The notes beneath the pieces are model-generated. The model searched no databases, was not told where the DNA came from, and saw only the letters and a list, made by a program, of their open reading frames with translations. Shown here piece after piece: positions 33,877-42,810 of a stretch of 63,610 nucleotides of DNA. Made by a program: the position numbers and the translations under genes. Position 1 is the stretch's first letter. The number at the start of each line of letters is the position of its first letter. The stretch comes from an uncultured bacterium (GTDB lineage Bacteria > Methylomirabilota > Methylomirabilia > Rokubacteriales > CSP1-6): assembly GCA_964428805.1 (NCBI GenBank), contig CAYRZF010000002.1, forward strand, positions 1-63,610, in the 5' to 3' direction.

Positions 33877-34941
33877 ATGCGTCTTGCCCTCTTGACCCCC
33901 TTCGACTTCCCCTCGGTCCGCGGCAATGCCATCACCGTGAATCGGATCGTGCGCGGCCTTCGCGAGCGCGGGGTGGAACTGAATGTCTGGGACTGCTCGG
34001 TGATCTCTGACACCCAGGTGGGACGCGAGGTCGAAACGTATCGCCCCGCGCTGATTCACGCCTTCCACGCGTTCCGCGTCGGGCCCCTGGCTCTCAGGCT
34101 GGCCCGGAAACTGGAGGTTCCGCTACTCGTGACCATCACCGGCACCGACGGCAACCACGATCTCTTTGATCCCGACCGGGCGCAAACGGTCCGGCGGGTC
34201 CTCGAAGGAGCCTCGGCCGTCACGGTCTTCCACGAGAGCATGCTGACGAAAATCTCGAAAACCCTCCCCGACCTCACCGTCAAGATGGTGGTGATTCCCC
34301 AGAGCGCCTGGCTCGAAGAGGGCCCCCCCTATCCGCTCGCCGACCGGCTCAGCCTCACGCCGGATACCGTCATCTTTCTCTTCCCGGCGGGGATCCGGAT
34401 GGTCAAGAACCCGCTCTTCCCCCTCGCTTCCTTTGACCGGCTCGTGTCCCGCTTTCCCCACCTTCGACTCGTCTACGCCGGTCCGATTCTCGATCCCGGG
34501 GAGGGGGAGCACCTGCTGCGGGCGCTGGCAGGGCGGCCGTGGGCGGCTTACCTGGGGGCGGTGCCTCACAGGCAGATGCGGTCGCTCCTGGAGGCGTGTG
34601 ATGTCGTGCTCAATTGTTCCCTGTCGGAGGGAGGCATGGCCAACTCCGTCCTCGAGGCCATGGCGTGTGGTCTTCCGGTCCTGGCTTCAGACATCGAGGG
34701 AAATCGCTCCCTCGTCGAGGATGGCGTCACAGGATTCCTCTTCAACGGGCCTGAGGAGTTCGAGGCCAAGGCAATCCGGCTCCTGGGCGATCCCGGGCTC
34801 AGAAGATGGTTCGGGCTGCTGGGGCAGACCCGCGTGCGTGCCCTCTACTCCCGCGAGCGAGAGGTGGAAGGTTACCTTGCCCAATACCATCGGCTGGTGC
34901 CGGCCCCGTCGGCCGGCGACTTTCTCCTCCGCGGTGGCTAG
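33877..34941 (+). CDS. GT-B (GT4-like) glycosyltransferase; possible SenB-like selenosugar synthase by context only
   Basis: ATG 33877 (MRLALLTPFDFPSVRGNAITVNRIV). TITGTD segment. C-terminal SLSEGGMANSVLEAMACGLPVLASDIEGNRSLVEDGVTGFLF. Confidence 0.8.
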   Translation: MRLALLTPFDFPSVRGNAITVNRIVRGLRERGVELNVWDCSVISDTQVGREVETYRPALIHAFHAFRVGPLALRLARKLEVPLLVTITGTDGNHDLFDPDRAQTVRRVLEGASAVTVFHESMLTKISKTLPDLTVKMVVIPQSAWLEEGPPYPLADRLSLTPDTVIFLFPAGIRMVKNPLFPLASFDRLVSRFPHLRLVYAGPILDPGEGEHLLRALAGRPWAAYLGAVPHRQMRSLLEACDVVLNCSLSEGGMANSVLEAMACGLPVLASDIEGNRSLVEDGVTGFLFNGPEEFEAKAIRLLGDPGLRRWFGLLGQTRVRALYSREREVEGYLAQYHRLVPAPSAGDFLLRGG

Positions 34942-34964
34942 CGGCAGAGGAGAAGCGGGCAAAA

Positions 34965-34993
34965 TTGCCGTTTTCTCAACTAACTGATAGACT
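34965..34993 (+). promoter_or_regulatory. sigma70-like promoter of the MoxR operon
   Basis: TTGCCG (34965-34970), 17-nt spacer, TAGACT (34988-34993). AAGGAG Shine-Dalgarno at 35026-35031. Confidence 0.35.
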
Positions 34994-35034
34994 TAGCTCA
35001 AGTGGCAATCTCTTCGCGATACCCCAAGGAGCGC

Positions 35035-36051
35035 ATGATGGGGAATGCTGAACGGGTCCGGGAGTTCGTTGAGGCATTCGGGAGCCTCAAGGCCGAAGTC
35101 CAGAAGATCATCGTCGGTTACGACACGGTCATCAGCGACGTTCTTGCTGGTCTCTTTGCCGGAGGGCACATTCTGCTCGAGGGAGTGCCGGGTCTCGGCA
35201 AGACCCTCTTGATCAAGACGCTAGCCGAGGGCCTCGAGCTCTCGTTCTCCCGTATCCAGTTCACCCCCGACCTCATGCCCGCCGACATTATCGGTACGAA
35301 CATCATCCTGGAGGACGCCGAGGGTCGGAGACACTTCCAGTTCCAGCGGGGACCGATCTTCGGCCACATCCTCCTCGCCGACGAGGTGAACCGGGCCACC
35401 CCCAAGACCCAGTCGGCGCTCCTGGAAGGAATGCAGGAGGGGACCGTCACCGTGTCGGGGGCTTCGCACCTGCTGCCGTCTCCGTTCTTCGTCCTCGCTA
35501 CCCAGAATCCAATCGAGATGGAGGGGACCTACCCTCTTCCCGAGGCCCAGCTCGACCGGTTTCTCTTCAAGCTACGGGTGACGTACCCGGCGCTGGACGA
35601 GCTGAATGAGATCATTGACCGGACGACCCGATCCGGCGTGGCGGAGGTCCGGCGTGTCATGACCGGTCCCGAGGTGTTGCGCTTCCGGGAGCTGGTTCGG
35701 GAGGTTCCCATCGCCGCCCACGTGCGGGAACTGGCTTCGCTGATCGTCATGGCCACCCACCCCACGTGGGAGCACTCTCCCGACGTCACGCGCCGCTTCG
35801 TCCGGTACGGGTCGAGTCCGCGGGGCGCCCAGGCGCTGGTGCTGGGCGGCAAGGTCCGCGCCCTCGCCGAGGGTCGCTATAACGTGAGCCTGGAGGATCT
35901 GCGGGCGGTTGCCCAGCCGGCGCTCCGGCATCGAATCATCCTCAACTTCGAGGGCGAAGCGGAGGGCGTGGACGTGGACACCCTGATCGGGCAAGTCCTC
36001 GAACAGGCGGAGGCTCAGAGCCGTCAGGGCAAGGAAGTGTTTTTGCGGTAG
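35035..36051 (+). CDS. MoxR-family AAA+ ATPase
   Basis: GHILLEGVPGLGKT (Walker A), LLADEVNRATPKTQSALLEGMQE, ATQNPIEMEGTYPLPEAQLDRF. Confidence 0.9.
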   Translation: MMGNAERVREFVEAFGSLKAEVQKIIVGYDTVISDVLAGLFAGGHILLEGVPGLGKTLLIKTLAEGLELSFSRIQFTPDLMPADIIGTNIILEDAEGRRHFQFQRGPIFGHILLADEVNRATPKTQSALLEGMQEGTVTVSGASHLLPSPFFVLATQNPIEMEGTYPLPEAQLDRFLFKLRVTYPALDELNEIIDRTTRSGVAEVRRVMTGPEVLRFRELVREVPIAAHVRELASLIVMATHPTWEHSPDVTRRFVRYGSSPRGAQALVLGGKVRALAEGRYNVSLEDLRAVAQPALRHRIILNFEGEAEGVDVDTLIGQVLEQAEAQSRQGKEVFLR

Positions 36052-36071
36052 GGCGCAGGGGGGGCCCTCTC

Positions 36072-37520
36072 ATGACGGATTCGGGCGTCCTCGAGCGTCT
36101 TGTCGATCAGGTCGGCTGGCAGATCAGGAAGCGACGCGCGGAGTTCTACGGGCTCCGCGGGCTATTCTACGGCGCATGCCTCGGCCTGGTCCCGCTTCTC
36201 CTGAAAGAGGCCATCGGTCCCGTAGCCCCGCTCATTGCTCTCGGGCTGGCCCTGGTCGGCGCCACGGCGGGCGCCCTGGTCGGATTTTGGCTCAGGCTCT
36301 CCCGGCAGGACGTCGCGCGCATCGCGGATCGGGCTTTCGATCTTCGAGATAGGGTCGCGACGGCCCTCGAGTGGAGAAGCCGGCCCGACCGGAGTCCCCT
36401 GGTTGACCTCCTGGTGGCGGATGTGGTGGGCCGCATCGAGGGCCTCGACGGCCGCCACGCCACGCGCCGGATCCTTCCCCCGGAGCTAAGACTCCTCCCG
36501 CTCCCGGTCTTCCTGCTGGTCGTCGTTGCCTTGGCCCCGGCGATTCCGCTTCCAACCGGGAGACTCCCCACATTTTCGTCGGGCGAGGATTCCGAGACCC
36601 CGGAAGAGCGCGAAGCGAAGATCCTCGCCGAGGAACGATCGACGGCGGCCAAGCGGGAGCCGCTCCAGCGCGCCGAGTTGCTGGAGCGGAACGTCGCCGT
36701 CCGGCAGGGCGGGACCGGCAGCAGCCAACCTGGGGATCTCTCGGCCCTATTCAAAGATACCGCTCTCGCGGCCCAGCGCCCGGACTTCAACAGCTTTCTG
36801 AAGAAAGGCGATGAGCGGCTTCGGATGCTCGAGCAGGTTGACCGCCTCCCCGACCTGAAGCGCGACTTCACCCAGAGCCCGTACAAGATGGTCTTCCAGA
36901 AGAAGAAGGAACTGTTCGGAGGTCTTCGCCCGGATCAGCTCTCCCCTCAGAAACTCCGTGAGCTGCTCGAGGAGATGGATCGAATGGGGCGCAAGGGCGG
37001 TAACTGGGGCGGGGACACCTGGGAGGGGCTCGAAGCCCTGGAACAGGGGCAGACCGACCGCGCTCTGGAGGCCATGGAGAAAGCGCTCTCCAAGATGCGC
37101 GCGATGGAGGAACGGGGGCGGGGTGGGCGCGGGCTCCGGGGCGGTCGCGAGGAGGATCGCCGGGGCGCTCGCGGCCGGGACCGGGGCGCGGGAGGGGACA
37201 GCATCGAGGCCGACCTCGGCGAGGGCGAGGGACTGTTGCCGGGGAAGGGGCGGAACCCGAACCCCAAGGGCGATGCCACGGAGCGCCTCCGCGCCACTCC
37301 CTATGATGCCGGCGTGGAGGGGGAATCCCGCTCCGGCAGAAAAGAGGGCCACGACACCAACCTCCTCGGCAAAGGTGGGCGTCTTCCGTCGCGGCTGCAA
37401 TACATGGGCGTGTTCGGTCAATACCGGAAGATGATGGAGGAGGCCTTGGCGCGGGAGCAGGTGCCTCGGGACTATCAGACGCAGGTGAAGGAGTACTTCG
37501 ACTCGCTGGAGGAGAGATAA
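36072..37520 (+). CDS. hypothetical membrane protein with a charged low-complexity C-terminal half (MoxR-operon associated)
   Basis: 482 aa. Two N-terminal TM helices plus a third near residue 145, then Arg/Gly/Glu/Asp-rich segments (RGGRGLRGGREEDRRGARGRDRGAGGD). Ends VPRDYQTQVKEYFDSLEER. Confidence 0.6.
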   Translation: MTDSGVLERLVDQVGWQIRKRRAEFYGLRGLFYGACLGLVPLLLKEAIGPVAPLIALGLALVGATAGALVGFWLRLSRQDVARIADRAFDLRDRVATALEWRSRPDRSPLVDLLVADVVGRIEGLDGRHATRRILPPELRLLPLPVFLLVVVALAPAIPLPTGRLPTFSSGEDSETPEEREAKILAEERSTAAKREPLQRAELLERNVAVRQGGTGSSQPGDLSALFKDTALAAQRPDFNSFLKKGDERLRMLEQVDRLPDLKRDFTQSPYKMVFQKKKELFGGLRPDQLSPQKLRELLEEMDRMGRKGGNWGGDTWEGLEALEQGQTDRALEAMEKALSKMRAMEERGRGGRGLRGGREEDRRGARGRDRGAGGDSIEADLGEGEGLLPGKGRNPNPKGDATERLRATPYDAGVEGESRSGRKEGHDTNLLGKGGRLPSRLQYMGVFGQYRKMMEEALAREQVPRDYQTQVKEYFDSLEER

Positions 37521-37525
37521 GGCCG

Positions 37526-38416
37526 GTGGCCGCGGCGCGGGCGCAGGACTTCTTCACCCGCGAGTTCCTGACCCAGCTGGAGCGGCTTGCCCTGGCCTCC
37601 AGGCGGACCTTCCGGGGCCGGGTCAAGGGGGAGCGCAAGAGCCCTCACCGCGGGAGCAGCGTGGAGTTCGTGGACTACCGCCCGTACGGGGTGGGGGACG
37701 ACCTCCGCTACGTGGACTGGAACATCTTCGGCCGCCTCGATCGGCTCTACGTGAAGCTTTTCGTCGACGAAGAAGACCTCTGCCTGCACCTGCTGCTGGA
37801 CGCCTCAGCCTCGATGGACTACGGGGAGCCCACGAAGCTTCAGTACGGAGCCCGGCTGGCTGCGGCCCTCGGCTTCGTGGCGCTCGTGAATCATGAGCGC
37901 GTGGGGGTCGGCATCTTGAGGGAACGGGTCACGGAGGGGTGGTCGTCGGCCCGCGGGCGAGCCCAGGTTCTCCCGCTCCTGGGCTTCCTGGCGAAGCTGC
38001 GCGCGGCGGGCGCCACGGGGCTGAGCGACGGCCTTGCCAGCTATGCCCGGACGTCTCGGGACCCCGGACTTGCGGTTCTGATTTCCGACCTTTTGGATCC
38101 GGGCGGATACGAAGCGGGGCTCCGGGCCCTTCAGGAACGACGCTTCGATGTCCACGTGATTCATCTGTTGTCGCCGGAAGAGATGAACCCCTCGTTCACC
38201 GGGGACCTTCGCCTGAAGGATTCCGAAACCGGGGAGACCCGGGAGCTCACGTTCGACGGTGAAGCGTCTCGGAACTACCGCCGCCGGCTTCACGCGTTTC
38301 TCGATGGGGCCGAGGCGTTCTGCCGTTCCCGCGAGATCAGTTATCACCGTGTGACCACCGACATCCCGCTGGACGGGTTCGTGCTGCGACAGCTCAAGGG
38401 ACTCCTGCTCGTATGA
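37526..38416 (+). CDS. DUF58 (vWA-like) protein, MoxR partner
   Basis: GSSVEFVDYRPYGVGDDLRYVDWN, LLLDASASMDYG. Confidence 0.85.
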   Translation: MAAARAQDFFTREFLTQLERLALASRRTFRGRVKGERKSPHRGSSVEFVDYRPYGVGDDLRYVDWNIFGRLDRLYVKLFVDEEDLCLHLLLDASASMDYGEPTKLQYGARLAAALGFVALVNHERVGVGILRERVTEGWSSARGRAQVLPLLGFLAKLRAAGATGLSDGLASYARTSRDPGLAVLISDLLDPGGYEAGLRALQERRFDVHVIHLLSPEEMNPSFTGDLRLKDSETGETRELTFDGEASRNYRRRLHAFLDGAEAFCRSREISYHRVTTDIPLDGFVLRQLKGLLLV

Positions 38417-41400
38417 GCTTCCTCTCCCCGCTGGCCTTCCTGCTCCTGGGCCTGGCCGTTCCGCTCCTGCTCCTGTACTTCCTCAAGGTACGGCGGCACG
38501 AGCGGCGCGTCCCCAGCCTCCTCCTTTGGGATCCTGCGCTCCGAGACCGCGAAGCCTCGGACTTTTTTCAGCGCCTCCAACGCGATCCGCTGCTGCTCCT
38601 GCAGCTCCTGGCGCTTCTGGCCTTGACGGTGGCGCTGGCGCGGCCCGTCGTAACGGTGGAGGGCCGGGGGGCTCAGCGGACAGTCCTGATTCTGGACATC
38701 TCGGCCTCCATGAAGGCCACCGATGTTCTCCCCTCGCGCTTTGCCGCGGCCCAGCGGGAGGCGCTGGCGTTCCTCGAGCGGCTCCCCTCCGGCGCCGAGG
38801 TGATGCTGATCGAGGCGGGAATCCAGCCTCGCGTCCTGGTCCCCTTCTCCCGTGATCGGCAGCGGCTCACCGCCGCCCTGGGAGCCCTCGAGGCACGCGA
38901 CCTTCCCAATCGGTTGAATGAAGCCCTCCGCACGGCCCGGGCCCTGACCGCTCAAGATCCCCGCGCCGGCATTCGCATCTTCACCGACGGTGCCCATCCG
39001 ACCGCGGTCGGAGATGGCGGCGGTGACCCGCGCGTCCACTGGCTGGGAGTCGGGCGGCGGGGCCGGAATGTCGCGATCACCAATCTGGCGCTGCGAAAGA
39101 CGTTCTTCGGCGCGTTTGGGTATCAGGCGTTTGTCTCGGTGGTCAACTTCTCCGACGAACCTCAGTCGTTCACCTTCACGGTGGACTTGGACGATCGGCC
39201 GATCGCGGAGCAATCCCTCACCCTGGACCCACACGTGCGTCGATCGGTGATGCTTCCGTTCAGCCACCAGGGCGCTGGTGTCGTGCGGGTCCGCCTGAAC
39301 ATCGCCGACGACCTCGGCGCCGACAACGTGGCGTACGCCATCATCCCCCCGCCGCGCGAGATGCGGGTGCTGCTGGTGAGTCCCGGCAACCTATTCCTTG
39401 AGAAAGTCCTGAGGGCCGATGCCCAAGTCAAGCTCGAGGTCCGCACGGCGGAGGCCTATCAAGGGGGGATGGAGTCCTTCGACGTCGTGGTGCTGGACAG
39501 CGTGAGCCCGGCTAGGATTGGGGCCGGCCGGTACGTCCTCATCAACACGATCCCGCCCGATGTCCCGCTGGAGAATCTGGGCCGGGCCGCGCAGCCGGTC
39601 ATCATGGACTGGGACCGGTCGCACCCGATCATGCGATACGTGGACTTTTCCAAGGTGGTTATCGAGGAAGCGCTCCGGGTTCGTCCGTTGGCCGCGGGTA
39701 AGACCCTGGTGGAGGCGATCGGTGGGCCGCTGATCTACGGTTTGGAGGAACCACGGCGCAAAGCGATCTTTTTCGGGTTCGACCTGTTCAAGACGGATCT
39801 TCCCCTTCGTGTGGCCTTTCCGCTCATCCTCTCCAACGGGCTCCGCTGGCTTCACCCGGCCGGCCTCGATCTGACGAGCTTCCAGCTTCAGGCGGGACAG
39901 CCGATTCTCCTCCCGGTGGAGCATGGCGTCACCGCTGCCAGGGTGATCACCCCGTCGGGGCGGAGCGTGGAGGCCCAGGTCACGCGCGGGCTTGCGAGCT
40001 TCGCCGACACCGGTCAGGTGGGAGTGTACACCGTGGTGACCTCCCGCGGAGAGGCCCGGGTCGCCGTAAACCTCACGAGTGCCGAGGAGTCGGACATCGC
40101 CCCTCGGCCGATCCCGACGCGGTCGGAGGCCCCTTCATCCGACGGCATGACCGTGCCGCTTCAGCGCGAACTCTGGGGGTTGTTCGCCCTGCTGGCCGCG
40201 GTCCTCCTCCTGGTCGAGGGGTTTCTCTATTGGCGTCGCCAAACCGCGGGGAGGCTCGTGCTTCCACGCGGCCCCGGAGATCGGTGGGCTCTCGGGCTCC
40301 GCTGCGTTCTGGTGGTCTTCCTGTTGACGGCGCTTCTGCGTCCTGTGGTGCCGCGCTGGGTGGACAGGCTGAACGTGGTGTTTCTCCTCGACGTGTCCGA
40401 CAGCGTCACCCTGGCTGCCCGGGAAAACGCATACCGCTTCGCGGTCCAGGCCCTGACCGGGATGCAGGAAGGCGATCAGGTGGGGCTCCTCGTGTTTGGC
40501 GAGGCGGCGGCGGTGGCCCAGCCGTTGAGCGCCAAGCCGAAGCTGGACCGCCCCCAGGTCGACGTGCGGGGGCGGGGGACCGACCTCGCCCAGGCCATCC
40601 AACTGGCGCTGGCGACGCTGCCGGCGCGCCACGCCAACCGTCTCGTCCTGCTCACGGACGGTCGCCAGAACAAGGGTAGCGCCTTGGCGGTTGCGCAGGC
40701 GGCCAAGGACGCAGGAGCCGACATTCACTACGCCCCCACGTCGTTGACCTTCGCCCAGGAGGTGGTGGTCGAGGCCATGCTCCTTCCGCAGGAGGTGAAG
40801 TTCGGGGAGCCGTTTGACGCGAAGGTCGTGGCCTGGAGCCAGCAAGACACCCAGGGACGGCTCTCGCTCTTTCGCAACGGGGAGTTCCTGGGGTCTCAGG
40901 TGGTGCGGCTTTCCGCCGGCAAGAACGTTTTCACCTATCGCCAGTCGCTGGAGCGGAACGGGATTCACGTCTACCAGGCGGCCGTCGAGGCCGACGGGGA
41001 CACGATCGAGGAGAATAACCGGGCCGTCGGGACCGTGGTAGTCCGAGGCCGGCCCCATGTCCTGCTGGCGGAGAAGGAGCGGGCGCATGCGCAGGCCTTG
41101 AGCGCGGCGCTCCGTGCCCAGCACATCGACGTGGAGGTGATGGAGCCGGAGCGGATTCCCAGGGACCTGGCGGGGCTCCAGAAATACGATGGCTTGATCC
41201 TTTCGAACGTCTCCTCACTCAAGCTCACGAAGAAACAGATGGAGAACATCCGCGACTACGTGCGGGACTACGGCGGCGGGCTCATCATGGTGGGCGGAGA
41301 GGAAAGCTTCGGTCTGGGGGGCTACTACCGCACGCCGATCGAGGAAGCACTGCCCGTCACCATGGAGGTGAAGCAGCGGCTCGAGATCCCCAGCCTCGCT

Positions 41401-42810
41401 GTCGTTCTGTCCATCGATCGGTCGGGCTCCATGGCCATGTCCACCGATGAGAGGGTCACGAAGCTCGACATCGCGAAGGAAGCGGCGCACCTGGTGGTGG
41501 ACCTCCTGGACGAACGAAACGAGGTGGGGGTGATGAGCTGGGACACCGAGTTCGTTTGGGACGTCTCCATGCAGGCCGCACGGGACAAGAATGCCATCCA
41601 CCGCGCCGTCGCCACGATCAAAGCGGGCGGTGGCACAGACGGGTATCCGGCGCTGAAGGACGCGTACCGGGCCCTCTTCGACCGTCCGGCCCTGCTCAAG
41701 CATGTCATCTTCATGTCTGACGGCCAGATGACGCGCGGGGACTTTGCGGGCCTCATTCGCCGCATGGCGAAGGACAAGATCACCGTATCATCCGTCGCCA
41801 TCGGCAAAGATGCCGACGCTCAACTGATGTTGGACATCGCCAAGTGGGGGCGTGGCCGGTTCTACTACACCGAGGACACGCAGACCATTCCTCGGATCTT
41901 TACGCTCGAGACCCAGCTGGCCTCCAAGGCCTCGCTGATCGAACATCCCTTCAAGCCGGCCGTGTCCGGTGCGAGTCACGAAGTGCTCCAGGACATCGAC
42001 TGGAAGAATGCCCCTCCGCTGGGTGGGTACGTGGCTACCACGCTCAAAGGCACCGCGGAGCAGCTGCTCATGACCCACCAGGAAGATCCGCTCCTGGCCA
42101 CGTGGCGGTACGGTTTGGGACGGACCGCGGCATTCACCTCGGATGCCAAGGGAAAGTGGGCCGTCCTCTGGCTTCGTTGGGGTGCCTTTAACAAGTTCTG
42201 GGGGCAACTCACGCGCTGGTCGCTTCGCACGGGGAGCCGGAGTGATACCGTGGCGACCGTGGAACGGCGTGATGGAGTGGGGGAGGTGACGGTCGAGGCC
42301 GTCGATCCCAAGGGTGAATTCATCAACTTCCTGGAGACTCAGGTCGGCGTCGTGGCTCCGGACAAGCAGCGGTCGGTGGTCGATCTGGAGCAGGTGGCCC
42401 CGGGCCGGTACCGGGGCCGGTTCCCCGCTCCCGAGGAGGGTATCTACCTGGTGGGAATGGCCCAGCGCCGGGGCGAGAAGATGGTTGGCTCGCAGCTGGC
42501 GGGGTTGGTGGTACCGTATGCTAAGGAGTTCAGGGATCTCGGTGTGGACGAAACGCTGCTGCGAGAGTTGGCGGAGCTCACCGGCGGGGGGGCTGTCGCG
42601 CAGCCGAAGGATGTGTTCCTTAAGGCCCGACGGCGCTCGCGGCTCTCGGTTGAGCTCTGGCCCTGGCTTGTCGGCTGCGCGGCGCTGTTGCTGCTGCCGG
42701 AGGTCGCGCTGAGACGGATCGGCCCCAGACTGTTCACGCGCCTCCGCGGGCGGTTTCGGCACCCGCCGGGCGGCGGCGGTAACCCCCCGGATGCGAGGAT
42801 GTCACCGTGA
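38413..42810 (+). CDS. giant BatA-N / triple vWA / GATase1-like membrane protein
   Basis: 1465 aa. The BatA N-terminal double-TM signature (LAFLLLGLAVPLLLLYFLKVRR..PSLLLW). Three vWA MIDAS-type starts (LILDISASM, FLLDVSDSV, LSIDRSGSM). ThuA/GATase-like segments (YDGLILSNV, GGGLIMVGG). Internal and C-terminal TM helices. Confidence 0.8.
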   Translation: MSFLSPLAFLLLGLAVPLLLLYFLKVRRHERRVPSLLLWDPALRDREASDFFQRLQRDPLLLLQLLALLALTVALARPVVTVEGRGAQRTVLILDISASMKATDVLPSRFAAAQREALAFLERLPSGAEVMLIEAGIQPRVLVPFSRDRQRLTAALGALEARDLPNRLNEALRTARALTAQDPRAGIRIFTDGAHPTAVGDGGGDPRVHWLGVGRRGRNVAITNLALRKTFFGAFGYQAFVSVVNFSDEPQSFTFTVDLDDRPIAEQSLTLDPHVRRSVMLPFSHQGAGVVRVRLNIADDLGADNVAYAIIPPPREMRVLLVSPGNLFLEKVLRADAQVKLEVRTAEAYQGGMESFDVVVLDSVSPARIGAGRYVLINTIPPDVPLENLGRAAQPVIMDWDRSHPIMRYVDFSKVVIEEALRVRPLAAGKTLVEAIGGPLIYGLEEPRRKAIFFGFDLFKTDLPLRVAFPLILSNGLRWLHPAGLDLTSFQLQAGQPILLPVEHGVTAARVITPSGRSVEAQVTRGLASFADTGQVGVYTVVTSRGEARVAVNLTSAEESDIAPRPIPTRSEAPSSDGMTVPLQRELWGLFALLAAVLLLVEGFLYWRRQTAGRLVLPRGPGDRWALGLRCVLVVFLLTALLRPVVPRWVDRLNVVFLLDVSDSVTLAARENAYRFAVQALTGMQEGDQVGLLVFGEAAAVAQPLSAKPKLDRPQVDVRGRGTDLAQAIQLALATLPARHANRLVLLTDGRQNKGSALAVAQAAKDAGADIHYAPTSLTFAQEVVVEAMLLPQEVKFGEPFDAKVVAWSQQDTQGRLSLFRNGEFLGSQVVRLSAGKNVFTYRQSLERNGIHVYQAAVEADGDTIEENNRAVGTVVVRGRPHVLLAEKERAHAQALSAALRAQHIDVEVMEPERIPRDLAGLQKYDGLILSNVSSLKLTKKQMENIRDYVRDYGGGLIMVGGEESFGLGGYYRTPIEEALPVTMEVKQRLEIPSLAVVLSIDRSGSMAMSTDERVTKLDIAKEAAHLVVDLLDERNEVGVMSWDTEFVWDVSMQAARDKNAIHRAVATIKAGGGTDGYPALKDAYRALFDRPALLKHVIFMSDGQMTRGDFAGLIRRMAKDKITVSSVAIGKDADAQLMLDIAKWGRGRFYYTEDTQTIPRIFTLETQLASKASLIEHPFKPAVSGASHEVLQDIDWKNAPPLGGYVATTLKGTAEQLLMTHQEDPLLATWRYGLGRTAAFTSDAKGKWAVLWLRWGAFNKFWGQLTRWSLRTGSRSDTVATVERRDGVGEVTVEAVDPKGEFINFLETQVGVVAPDKQRSVVDLEQVAPGRYRGRFPAPEEGIYLVGMAQRRGEKMVGSQLAGLVVPYAKEFRDLGVDETLLRELAELTGGGAVAQPKDVFLKARRRSRLSVELWPWLVGCAALLLLPEVALRRIGPRLFTRLRGRFRHPPGGGGNPPDARMSP

